Source: Chrysomallon squamiferum (Eukaryota; Animalia; Mollusca). Taken from it: a DNA stretch of 64,000 nt. The stretch lies in NCBI GenBank assembly GCA_012295275.1, contig CM022665.1, positions 33,046,001-33,110,000 of the forward strand, in the 5' to 3' direction. The position numbers and the translations under genes were made by a program. Position 1 is the stretch's first letter, and each line of letters starts with the position of its first letter. Below the pieces are notes generated by a model. It saw only the letters and a program-made list of their open reading frames with translations, did no database searches and had not been told where the DNA came from. This document shows positions 10,901 through 25,200 of the stretch, in pieces.

Positions 10901-13900
10901 CAAAGTTAACCATGAAAATATAAAGGACTAACATTTACATTAATTTTTATAAAGATATTCAAACCAGTTAGGAGCAAGTCAAATTCTGTATTTATTGAAA
11001 GAAAGCCTTGTGCTGTGATCTGTAACAAGAGGTAGCTTAGTTGACTTCCCAAAGAGTATTGGTTATGAAACTGTTATTTCTCAGTTTTACTGAATTTGTC
11101 TGCGCCTTGCAAATATAAACATTTGATATCAAATTTTATTATTTTTTAGAATCGCATGCTGAATTCCACAAATAAGGCATTCACAAAACGACATCAAGAT
11201 ATTTGTAATGATTTTTTCAGTTTATGCATGAGTCGATACAGTGAGGTGAGAATTATAATCTTTATATACTTTTTTCTTTTTTTTTGTTCTTTTAATTTTT
11301 TTAAATCTGTCATGCACTTCTTTTAAATTAGTATTAAGTTATTAAAAAAAATATATTTATGCAAAAGTATTTAAATAAAAAAGCGTTGTTAGTTTTAGAC
11401 CAAACCTTTTCTTACAGTTTGAATTATTTACTGTTCATTATTGAAATTCCAATTTTAGTTTCAAATTAGATGTGAGTAGAATACTGTTATTTTATAATGC
11501 ATATAAGCATTTTTGTTTTTAGGTGCGTAAGAAGGCACAGAGCAGTCTGCTGATGACTTTCACAAACTTCCCATTTTCTTACTATTGCATTCTCCCTGAT
11601 CTTGTACAAAATCTAAACACACCAGGAATTGAAGAACATCGATTCAAGGTAAATCTCTTTCAGTATATCCAAACCACTCAGTTGATAACATTTTGATGAT
11701 TTCAAATGATCTTTTAGTCTCAGACAATTTAGCTTAAAGTCTCATAATATATTTAATAGAAAAAAATTATTATTTTAAAGACTTTATAATTATACTATCA
11801 GAGATTTGAAAGTGACTGACAGCAGCTGAAACTGAATCTCAGAATACTTTAATTATTTAACAGTCATAAATTATATATGTAAATGTGTTACTGTGTATAG
11901 AATTTGTGAACTTTTTATTTGCAAAATGTTTTTGCAGAATTTTTACAGTAAGAGTTGCTATTTCTTAGTTTGAACAATATTTCTTGTGAGAACAATTTCA
12001 GAATATGCAATAAAAACCCTTTGAATATATTCATTAAAAGAAATTACAAAATAAAACAAAAACAAAAACATAAAAAAATACAAAATTTGACATACAATTT
12101 GTTAGGGAACCCTGTACACCATTCTTGGCAGTGGTCAGAAATGTCTGGCTATAAAGAGAAATTGGGAAGTATTGCTACAGCTCTGGCCAGCTCTAGTTCA
12201 AGCTCAACATTCAGAAAAACCATCCATTTTGAAAATCATAGATGACATTGTGAGCAGAGTAATCAAATGTCTGGAGTCAGTGGCCATCAAAACAAAGGTG
12301 AAATGAGTAAATAATTTTGGATAGAATAAATATACACTTCAGTTAATAATAGTTATTGTACCTTATTTCTTCTGGGTGTACATGACAGAATTTGACAAAT
12401 GAGTCGGAGATAAGCAAAACACATTTTCACTTCCTTTTTTGTAAAAAATGACAAATTTATCAGTTTTGAGATCTCTTGTAAATGATTTCTTAGTAGATTT
12501 TTTATTGAATTCCACTGTTGATATCATCTAAATTAGATTTTTTCCATATATTGTTAAGTGATTTTTGTAAAGGTATGAAGACAGCAGGTTTGCATGCTTT
12601 TGTTCAGCTAATTTTGAAACTATTCATATCAAACAGGCATCCCCAATAAGCTTGAAATGTCATATATCCATGTATAGTCTGCAGGGCATCTGTATGTTAT
12701 CTGTGTTTTACAAACTCTAGATTGCTTAGCACACTTATTTTCAATGACCCAAGTAGCTGTTCTCATTAGTTGAATGATAAGTTATTTAAATAAACCTTTA
12801 TATTAACCCTTTTCATAACATATTTCTCTCACATAGCAGCTAACACAGATAAAAGAGAAAAAAAAAACATTTGGAAGCTATAAAACTAACAGTGTTAACC
12901 ACTCAACATTGCTAAATTTTATATAAATAAAAAGTTTAAATAAGTAATAGATAATGTACTTTAATAGTGCTTGTTATTTTTTGAAATATTCAAATAAAAG
13001 CATCAATTTGAATTGTTTATTCTGTTTGTAATAATAGATTTGATGCTGCTAGCCCAGAGGTATTTTTTTTTTGTGTGTGTGTATTTCCAGCCAATGAAAA
13101 AAAAGAAATTGACTTATTTAAAGGTAATGGCTATTTCAATTAATATTGCCACCCTACATTTCGCCAAAGATATTTATACCAGAATATCAAGAAGTTAGTA
13201 AAGGAAGAGTTCAGGGACGTGTTATGTTCCTGCCTTCCTAGTCCTTCTTATGAAAAGGATTCAGTTTTACTGCCCTAGGGCAGAGTAGGGAACAAGGCAG
13301 GGGACATAGACACTCCTTATCACCTTTACTGATTAAGCAAGGCCACAGAGGAAATAATAAAAACCCTTTTCAGTATTCAAGAAATAATTTGTTCTCATTT
13401 ATACTTAGAAGAGAAAACAATATTCAGTTATATGTTTACTAATACTGTTGTTCAGTTTTCATACTTACAGATATCTATCAGAGTAACATTAGTTTGTTTT
13501 TGGTAACATTGGAAATGATGACAAGAATAAATAATATTAATATGGTATCAAGAAAAAGCCATTGACTAGTCCAACTTTAAGCCAGATGTGTTCATGTAAA
13601 CCAAAGAGTAATGTGAATAACTATATAATAATTAATTAATCTGTATTTTCTTTTTGTATTATTTTATTTTAGTTATTTGAGGGGTTTTGTTGGGGGTTTT
13701 TGGTAATACAGATATTGTATTATTATTCAGATCTGTAGGTGGTAACTTATTTAAATTTTCAAAAAAAACAACATTTTAACATTTCTAAGCTCACCCAACA
13801 TGTTTTCTGTGTGATAATTCCTTTTAGAATAAATGAATCATCTTCTATTAAATATCACATGAAAGCTCAAATTCTGTTTTTCAACTAGTACTAATAACTT

Positions 13901-16900
13901 GTTTTTGATATTTTTCAAAAAGTGATTGGTTTTGTCAGGCTGTGACCCAGAAGAAATAAGCGTGACTTGATAATAAATGTTATATTAGCATCAAAAGTGA
14001 AGAATTTGATAATTAATTTGGAAATTTGTCTTTTTTTATACATTGTTTAAAGTTTTTATTTCATTTAGGTATGCAATTAATGCATTGTAAAAGTAAGTAG
14101 TGAAAGGAAAAAAAATTTAAATTACAATTGTTTTCATTTATTTATTGTATATTAAATATATTTATTTCATTTATATATCATAATAAAACTAAGTAAACAT
14201 TTTTATCAGAATTTTGTGTTATATTTTTGGTGTCTTTCCAAAACTCAGAAAATGTTAGAAAAAAAAATATATATATACAAATAAGAGAAATGAATGGATC
14301 AGAGTTAAAATCTACCAGGAAGAAAAAAGCATGTGAAATTGTATATTGATAGGTACATGAATCCTGTGTTAATGCAGCTCGTCAGTTTATTTCTTCACCT
14401 TTGCCAAAAGCCATTCACCTCCCAGCAACAGAAAAAGAAAAAATGAAAGGACTGGAAATGGAAAAAATTAAAAATGGAAAGGCAGTTGAGTAAGTTTAAA
14501 CCCCTCCTCCATTTTGTTTTCTAAAGATTTCTAAATAATTGAATTATCTCGCATAAATAAATGGTCAAAATATTTAATGTGAATATTCAGTAAGATTTGT
14601 ACTGGGCACCTGCTCTTACCAGTTACATACAGAAAAGCACATACCATGCACTTTTAGTTATAAACAGAGACGTGGGTACAACATGAAATTAAAACTGTGT
14701 AATCTTTTCCTAATTCATTTTTATTTACTTGAAAACATAATTATTATTATTATTGCTAATCCTACTATTATTATATAAAATTTTCTGGTTTTGTTTATTT
14801 ATTTATTTATAATTTGCTTCCTTTTAGTAATATTTTAGTAGTTGAAGAGCAGTAAAAAACAGCAAGCAGAAAAAATAGTTATATAAATTACATTATTTTA
14901 TACATATTTTTGTTTTTGGTCAACAGTTTCCTTTTTTGGTGGAGGATGTCCTTTAACTATATAATATCAAGGTCATGTGTGAAAAAAAAACTTTCACAAG
15001 TATCTTAATCCGTGGATGCTTTACACTGTTTTTTCATTCTGTAATTTCAGATTGTATAAAGAGTTAGCTAACAGTCTAACAGATCTGGTTGAAAGTGGAA
15101 AACTGTGAGTTATCTGTTCATTCTGTTTGATACCTAAAGTAAATAACATGAAAACATCCCCCTCAAAAATCCTAGAGAAATTTAGAAAATTAATAATATA
15201 TTTATTGTTTTATACAAATGTTATTTTAATGTTAACTAACACATCCTAACACAAGTTACATAAATAAAATGTTCAGGTTATCTTTTTTTTCAGCACATGG
15301 AAGTTCAGTCAGATTGGACTTGAATTCTTGGCATTACTTCTACGTCATGACATCACCATGCCAGCAAAAGCTGTTAATTTGTTCTGCAAGAAACTCTGCC
15401 ATGATTCTTTGTATATACGAAAAGTAAAATTCTTTATGTGGCATTCACTTGTATCTTCAATGTTATATTTTTATTGTGCAGACATACCTTTGAATGTGAA
15501 CACTTTTGTATGCATCTGTTTTTAAGTAATTATATATTTTGAAAATGGTATATAATCTTTTAAATTATTTTCTCTATTCATAATAATTCATTTGGCTTTA
15601 GAAATTCACTGAAAATTTATTTAATACTTAACAAAACATTCATTGCAATAGAATTGTTGTCACTGTACATCATTTTTGCAAAAGATTTATCAAATACCAC
15701 AAACATCTCCCTTTATAAATTTATTTTTATAGTTCATACAATTAACAGCTATGATAGAGTGAATTTATTGTTCAGAATCAATAATTAACATTTTTTAAAT
15801 GAACATTCTTGTTTTTGCCCCTGCTTATACTGAACTTCACTATGTAGGGGTGGCTGTTTTAACAATAGGAGTGGCTAATAAGTACAATTCCCATTTCTCC
15901 GTATCATTGTTAAGAGGAGAGGCACCTTGATTGCCTTGAACAGTCACATCCTAGATTAATTTGGAGGTACATCATCTAGTCTGTGTTCAGCAGTCAAGGT
16001 ATGTAATACCAATGTGACAATAGCATTTTTTTAACATGGCATTATGATGATCATTTGGAATACAGAAGACTAAGACATTGAGAAAATTGATTAACAAGTG
16101 CCAATAGCTGCCCCAAATGAAAAGAAAAAAAACAGTAGCAGCATTTTGTGAAAAGCTAATACAATGATGAATTTTTGAAACAACTGAAAACAGACCTAAT
16201 TAATTATTAGTGTTAATTAAAATGGTCCTTAATTTTCATCAAATACCACAAAGACCACTGTGTAAACCATATGACATCTCTAAAATAATACTATTTCATC
16301 CAAACAAATTTAAGAAGTTATTTCAATTTAAAAAAAAAATCCTATTGTAATTCTTCTTTAGGAAGCATTGTTAATATTTGTCTTTAACATAAATTATGTG
16401 AAACCTGAAGCTGAGCTTCTGGGGCTCTTTCCATAATTGTTAGTGAAAGCATTGCCCATAGCATAGTTAATGTAAATATTAAAAGTAGGCTGTAAGAGTC
16501 ATAATTCATAAAACTGTATTCAGTATTTCCTCATCATAAGTATTTTACTTTTAATTCTAGAAACCTGCAAGGCCTCAATAACCAGCTACCAACATTTTAT
16601 GTTGTTTTGTAGGATTATTAGGAATATGAGGATGTACATAAAGCACAACTGCAAACAGACTTCAAAGAACTATACAGAAGTGATAAAGTTCACTGACTGA
16701 TGTTTGTTTTGCTTACAAATGAGTGTATAATGTCAAACCTGCTGTCTGCTTTTTAAATGCCAATTAATATTTACAAATTACCAGTCATTAAATTATGTCA
16801 AAAACTGAGTTGTCAAAAAACTGAGTTATCAAAAACCAAACAGTCTGGTGAAGAATACCCAAGCAATCTGGTGAAAGTTCCAGCAATAGGGTATAACTGG

Positions 16901-19900
16901 ACTGGAAAGAGAAAGCAGACATGCAAAGACTGTTGGTGATGAAAAATAGTGAGACAAAATATATGGTGTTAATGCAGGAGGAGGCAGATTGCTAAGGGAA
17001 ACAACTTCCCCTCACATATTTCATCAACATGGATTAAAAACATGAGAACAGGAGCATTTACAAACATAGAACATGCAACTTCGAAAAATGCAAGGGATAA
17101 AAATCTTGCGATATCTAGGCCAGTATTGCTTACAAAAGCTAAGGATTTTGTTTTAAATTAAATTTAAGGAAAAAAATGGAATAGCAAAGGAAAAAAGGTT
17201 TGTTTTAAAGAAACGGTACATTTTTGGTAGAATGTGATTTAAAATAGTTTTGTCATGATGTGATTTTAAATATTTCTACTGTTCATCTAGTGCTATTAAA
17301 ACTTCAGTATGGATCAATTACATTCCATCAAGTTTAGATGAACTTTATATTTATTTCTGGTTAAGGGTTTCTATTTATGTTTTCAATAATGTATGATAAA
17401 ATGTAGAATTTGGGCACTTTGAAGATGTCTTTGGATTTTTTAATCTTGGATCATTTAAACTTAGGTTGAGATTATATTACTCTAGAAATGGGTGTACCTC
17501 AGGGTATTATTCTTTCTATTACTTTATTTTCAATCAAAATTAATACTTTACTCAGTGTTTAAAACCTAGTTGATTGTTCTCCAAATGTTGATGATTTCCA
17601 AATTTGCTATAATTGGCAGTCAGATGCAGCTTTGAATACTTCTAATGATTTTTATACAGACTCGGGCAGTAAGATGTAAAATTATTTAACAAAAGTTTTA
17701 TTCTTATGTTTGTGTACAGACTCTTGCAGCCTGCTTCCTTGAGTCTAGTACCCCAACTTGTATAGGTTTGTAAATTGTAATTTTACTGAACATGTAATTT
17801 TGTTAACTTACTTAACATGTCCATCTCAGTTAAATTAATTTATTTAAAAGAACTGTGTTTATTGTCAATTTCTAAACTCATCAGTAAAACAATACATTTT
17901 TGCAACTAATTAAATTTTTCATACAATCTTCTTCCACAAGACTAGCTAGTGTAAGGCAGCTTAAAGTACTAATTCATAAATACTAAGTGTGTATTAAAGA
18001 ATGGCATAAAAAGAAGATTTGTGTTTATGGTCATTAAAAAGAAAATCGGTGATGCTTCCAGAAAAACAAAGAAGGTCTATTGATTATCTTTACAGCAATT
18101 TCTTTGTGATTTTTATTTGTGATTTATTTATTCAGTCCTTTATATTCATAAACTTATAAATAGCAAATGTAGAATAGAAATGAAAAAATAACAGAAGTCC
18201 ACTGGCCAATTCTAAAATCACATGGCTATATGTATAGATAACGGACACTTCCAAGTGATACCTTTAAAAAATAATAAAATAAGGAAAATGAAGGTGATCA
18301 GCACATTGCCATGTGTTAAAAGTAAGGTGAAGTTTAGTACAAAAGGGTGATTATTTCTCTCGCATGAAACACTGATGTCATATAATTTTTCTGAAAAGAA
18401 TATTAATGAGTATCTATGAAAATGCAAACATATCTGCCAGGGCTCCCTTTAACTTGCCTCATGCAAATACAGCCATTCTATGTAATTATTTTAAAAGATC
18501 TGTTAATTGATATATTTGTATAATTGGCAAGATCATTAGTACAGAATGAAGTGAACAAGCTCTATTTAGTCAAGCCAATCTTGGAAGATTGACAGTCCTC
18601 CCATAAATGGTCAGGGAAGGATGCTTGGTCATGCTTTTATTTTTAAGAAGGATGGTCCACCTCACTGGGAAAGCTGATGATCTATATTGGTAGTGCATCA
18701 CAATTTTGTGAACTCTACTCATTTACAACCAGTCAACAAACATATTTTTGAAACCATGTGTCAACGAAATAACTCCAAAACATGTTTACAAAATTTAAGA
18801 ACAAATTAATTTTTGTCATTAATATTAAAATATGTTCTGTAATAAATATTTTGGTTTTTACTTTTTATTGTATTGTTTACTGTTTGAAACAATTTTTTAC
18901 ACTGATTTATATGACTGTTCTATTTTTATAATTATAAGGATATATATAGAGAGCTGATCATTGTTTGACACTGAGGGGTGATTAAGCAATAGTTCTTTCA
19001 TTCATTATTGTTTATTAATGTTATTAATATCAGTAGTATGTAATCATTATGTAGTGAGCATTTTTAAATAATATTTTTACTTTAAGGCACAAAACTGTCA
19101 GTTGGAGTGTGAAATTAATTTGCTATGGAAGTTATTGAAACTGGTATTCACTTGTAAAATTTATCTTTTAATATAAATTTTATTATAAATTTTGAGTATC
19201 AGATTTGAATTTATTTATATTAACTTTTTTTTTTTTTTGTAGTTGGCAATGGCATCTGTGTCAGCTGTTCTAAAGCAGCAGAAAAGACCACACAAAATGA
19301 TCCCACTTGATCCATACAAGATTTCTGGTACAGACACCCCTGCAGATGGACAGCGTGTGCCCCCCGGTGACAGACTTGACAACAAATGGCATCAGTACAA
19401 CATGTCTGATCTGCCAAACACACACGACAAATGGCTAAACACAATATTTGTTGAAAAAACACACTGGGGATATAACATATGGCCAAAGTAAGTTTTTATT
19501 ATTTTTATCAATGTAGACTGAAAGCATAAAATAAAATATCAACATGGATGAAGTGTATAGGGAGTTTCGTTTGTTCAAGCAGTTGAAATTTGGTTATTGA
19601 AATGTGAACATCTTGAGATGATTATCCGTTTAGGTATTTAATATTTCTGTATTTTTAAAATCATATTAGCTGATATTTTGTAAAATAAACTAAATCTTCA
19701 TCTTAAACAAAATGTATCTTTTTAAAAAAATTAATATTACATTATTTTGTACATTTATAATCATAAATAATTTCAGAATTACACTGGATGTAAGCTTTAT
19801 TTGTTATTTTGGCTGACAAGCTAATTAAAATTGTTTACTTTTTAAATCAGAGATATGAAACAATATGCCCCATTTTGTGAGCAGCCCAAATTGGATCGTA

Positions 19901-22165
19901 CAAGAGATCAATTATCCGAGTCGGAACAAGCTATTTATGACTGTTTTATGAACAGACTATTTGTAGAAAAACTCATCTCTTATTTGGCTCTGGAGGAACA
20001 GAAAGGAAAAGACAAATTTCGATCAAAATACCTAATTCTGTTCAAGGTATTGAGAATTAACCTTAAACTTCAGTGTCATTGTATCTTAAGTTGCTTGGTC
20101 ACTGTTTTAATTGTCTGACTATTGCATGCCATTCTAACTGACTACATATCTGTATTCTGTCCGTCTTATTTCTCAATATTCTCACTGGCTGAAAATGCAT
20201 ATCTTTTTTTATTCTTTTTTTTTTTTTTTTTTCTTGTTTGTTTTTTATTTATTTATTATTTTACTTTTTTTGTTGTTGTTTCTATAGTGGGTTTTTTGGT
20301 TGAAAGAAATACATGAGGATTTTTATGTGGAAAAGAGTTGTTCATTTGAAAACAGTATACAATTGAGAAATTGAGGAATTGACTTTACAGCATTTTAAGT
20401 ATTTGCATATGAATCATTCTGTTTTCAAAAGCAAGTAGTGGTCAGTAAATGCTGGGGTATAAATGCTATTTTTTTTATGTATAATACTTTTAAAAATATT
20501 TGCAGGGTTTGTTTAGAAATTTTGGACCATGTTTGTTAGAGAATTTTAAACCATATGTTGAACAATTGGTGAAAGACCTGAGTCATGATAAACATGAAAC
20601 CAGTCAGAGATGTGCCATGGAAATTCTTGGTGGAATGCTCAGAGGCAGCAAGCACTGGGATTATCCACAGGTATCAGTCAGAAAGAAAATCATTTAATTT
20701 TTTAAGTTGTTAAATATAGAATGAATCTACAGTTATTAATAATGATTTCAAAGAAATAATTTAACAAAGTTTTTATTTTATTTTTTTTTATATTATTTTT
20801 ACAAGATAGTACGGCTTATTTAAAACATCAGTATTCTGTCATTACAGATACATTCTGGATACAATATTAATTAGAAATAAATTTGATAAATTTATGATGA
20901 AAACAAAATTGCTTTACACACAGTATAAATGAAGCTGCTTAGATATGTGATTGATGACGTCAACTTAAATTAATTTTTATTAAAACTTGTTCAGAATCAA
21001 ACTCTGTGTGTGGTGTAAATATGTAAATATGCACACATACATATCTGATTAGAATATTTTTATTTATTAATTAATAAATAGTTATTAAATCTGTTTATTT
21101 GCAGATTGTTAAATTATGGGAGTGGATGGGTCCCTTGTTGGAGTTTGCAAGAAACAATATCACTGTCGAGACCATGGATGACTGGGGAAACTTCTATTCC
21201 AGTGTTTCTGTAAGGAAATTTCCTTTCAGATTTTCTTTTAACAGAATGAATAGTTAATTCTGAAGTGTATGTGTACTCTCTCAAATTTCTGGATATGATA
21301 GCTGGATAAGTACACTTGGATGCATGCCTGCTAGCAAGATATTTTACAGTCTGTGTAGTAAATAAAATGTAAATTATTGTATAATTATATGCATGTCACC
21401 TTACATAGATACACCGGTCATATTGTTTGACATGATGGTAGATGTTTTTATAACAATTCCAAGACTTTTATTCAAATGCAAAACTGTTCCAATCAAAACA
21501 TAAGAATTTCATTTATCATGGTAGTTTCTAGGAGTTTCATTTATGATGTATATTTTATAAAACTATTAAAGTTTGAATCTACTGATTATTTTGATTATGA
21601 TGTTTAAAATTATTATATTGTGGTTTATATTTGTTTATTAATAACTAAAAGGTTTTATTTGATAGGAGAGTCGTGATCCTCGAAAACTTAGTGGATTGTT
21701 TGACCTATTGCTACAAAATCCTGTCTCTGGTGAAGGTGGAGCTTTTGGAGATGCCAGGTTTGAAGCTTCCTTACAGTTTAGTTTATTTTTATTTATTTAA
21801 TTATTATTATTTTTTTTATTTTCCATTTAGGTGATATGAATAAAAAGGTTATAGATTTAAGCAGTGATTGTTTAAATCTTTCAAAATTATTTTGAGATAT
21901 GATATAAAATTCATTTTATTTCATAATTACAGTTAAAGTAATAGATTTGTTTTCTGGTTTGAAATCGAACTCAGTGGGTCTTCTTCTATCTTGATTCTTT
22001 TGTCTTCTTAGCCTATGAATTATAAAGCAGAAAATGCATTTTTAGATGTCAGTATTAAGAGTCTGATAACTACGTTAAATTACAAACAGTCCAACCCAAA
22101 TGTTGTCAGCTCAAAGAAAAATGAAAAAGCCTGTTTTGCATCCTGGCCATTATTTATTTATTTTA

Positions 22166-22211
<46 letters not shown>

Positions 22212-25200
22212 TTTTTTTTTTTTTTTTTTTTATTATTTTTTTTTAAATATGTTAATAATTTTGAGGCTGTGCCTGCTGCTTTTTTCTAAACTATCTGCTC
22301 CTTACCAACCCTGTAAAATAACACATACTCCTCGATGAGGAGGCAAGTACTGGCTTGCATCAACGCCAATGAAGGTCATACAAGATATTGAATATGTTCC
22401 ATTCACTATTGTGATAAGCTGTCAACTGTAAGAGGCAGTATCCTGATTTATATTTGCTTATGGCATTTTCCATTCCTAACCTGCTCATGTTTGAATGAAT
22501 TTCACGCTGTTAACATTGTTGCTGAAGAATGTTTGTGATGACACAATCCTGGGTAACATATTGGGTATCTATACACATTTTACAGAGCATGCAAATGTTT
22601 TTTTGTTTTTGACTTATAGGAGTTATTCTGGGTGGAAACTTTCTTTTGTACATCAGTATATATTCATACAGGGGGAATGCCAATATCATCAGACATGTCT
22701 TTTATGTGTCAAAATAAGTGGTTTGCAACTTAATACTTGCAAAACGTCAGCAATATTTTAGTACGTGCTGTGATTATAAATCACCACATGAAGCATACAA
22801 TAGCTACTAGAGGAATAAAGAGTTCTGGTGTGTTTTTATGTGTACACACAAACATATACATAATGCTTTATTAGTAATGGATATTAATTAAACGTGACCA
22901 TTGTTTCTTTTAAACAACTTGTTTTCATTAAGTGTTATTGCAGTGACTGATATTTTAATTGGCTAGATTACACCAATCTTCAGAAACAAGATTATATTCA
23001 CAAGATCTATTTCTGACTTACTCAAGATGGCATTTAATTCAACTGGGTAGTTCTTACAGTTGAATCTTGTCAAAGTTATATAAAGGTTAGTGCATAGATG
23101 AAAAGGATACTTTTTTCTCAGAACATTGTGGATATAGAATTTAAATTGTTTTTATTGTGTTTGGTCATGTGTTGCTTTATATTTTTGCTGACCAAAGAAT
23201 TTTTGCTGACCAAGTTGAACAGAATTCTGTCAAGTGCAAAGTCAAAATTTAATGAAAAACATTGTTAAGCAAAAAGTCATCAGTGTCAGACAAGACATTG
23301 TCTCATTGAATAATGTCAAAGGAAACTTCATCAAGCACAATTTCTTCAGATGAAATTCATAAGAAGATGTCTTATTGAATGAACATTGTTCAGGGTATAA
23401 TTACCAGAGCTGGATGATTAATAAAAAAAAAACATTGGTGAACAAAAGAAATCATCAAATGGAACACCATTAAGTGCAAAATCATTAAGAGTTAAGAGAA
23501 GTCAAAAAGAAAGAATATCACTGAATGAAAAATAATCAAAGCTGGAGAAAAAGTTGTCAAACAGAATAACATTAAATGAATTATGGTCAGTTGGAATATT
23601 GTTGAATAGAACATTGTTGAAGGAAAAGTTGTCAAAGCAGGCAAAAAGTCAGATTGAAAGTCATCAGAATCAGAATAAGAAGTTGATACAAACCTCATTG
23701 AATGAAACATCTAGAAGCTTGAGGACTAGAATAAAAATATTGAAAGTTTGTTGGTTTTTTTCTCTGAAAAAAAAGAGAATCCCTTAATAATAAAAAACTT
23801 CCACAAAGTTTTTAATTATTCTAACAACCTTGGAAAATGTTCACATTCTTACTTTTAAAAAATGTTCTAGGTAGAGCTCACTTTCTACAGCTAATATTTA
23901 CATTACTTCTAGTTAAAGTCGATATTCATATGATAGTGTTCATATAATAGCCAAAAGTGAATGATCCCTGTTCTTTTTACCTAATACCCCTACTCAAAAA
24001 TAGTGTGAAAGCATCTGTTTTGTTTTCAGTCGATTATACATCATACAGAATGCTCTGGTACAGCAGGAATGGAGGATACCTGAGTTGTTATCTCAGTTGC
24101 TGAATTACCTCACCCCACATCTATCTCATAACTATAAAGCTGTGCGAGACCGTATTGGAAGGTAAAGCATTTTTGAATAGTTTCAGATTTAGTAAAAAAA
24201 AAATTTAAATTTCATCTAATAAAGTATACTGTGTCAAAAATATTCATAGAATTATCTCTTTGATACAAAATGGCATGATTTTGTTATTTATGATCATATC
24301 ACAGTAAAATTTGACAGGAGTTTGTGACAATGTTCTTGCTATGGGTTGACAGCAGTGGGGTCATTTTTATTACAAAACAATGTCACAAGAAGATGCTCAA
24401 TCAGAACCTTATATGGCCACCAGCAACAGCATCTGTAAACACGTTGTTGTCCATCATATTACTGTAGAAGGAAACCAGACTCATCATAGAACCCACTAGG
24501 CACCAGGGTCACAAGCTTCACCCATGTACATTTTGCACCAGCGAACTCACATAAATGTCAATGTTGATGTTAATGTCAAAGGACAGGACCAACATACAAA
24601 CCTCCTAGCAATGTAAACCAACTTTTCGATGTTGGTTTTGAATAGTTCTTGCAGAAACTCTTCTTAAATCAGGTATGCACCAGAAATATTTGTTGCTGTG
24701 GCAGTTCAGTGACACAGGTGCAAAACCCATGTGTAGTGATCTTTTGTTGTGGTTGTTATATGAGGTCTTCAGTTAAGAGCCATTTTTCAGCTGATTGAAA
24801 CTGCTGGAACCTGTCCCAGAGATATGAAATGGTACTCTGATGGATGTTCGTATGATGTATGACTGCTGACCACAACTCACTTAACTGCATCTGGCCTGTA
24901 GCAATGTTTCAGTTGGGCAGGCTTAGTCTTCATCTCCTCTCATTTATATCAAAATGGAAATGAGGCACCATTGTAGTTTTAAATTCATATCAGTACTGCA
25001 GTCTTTTCCCTGATTTTCAAGTGCATTCAACAGTAATTGGCCATTTCAAACCAATTTTCTGTAATTGTCACAAGAAGTGCATAAAATACATTTTATGGTG
25101 CATCTGGGCATGTTGTCCCATTCCAAGAACATTAACAAACGGTCATTCTGCAGCATTGTCCAAAAATCTATATTTTGTAAAATCAAACGTGTTCTTTCCC

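Noticed and set aside
22015-22338. ORFs with poly-Leu/Phe 'transmembrane' runs (also 20122, 43497, 46379)
   Set aside because: They are translations of (TTA)n and poly-T microsatellites.
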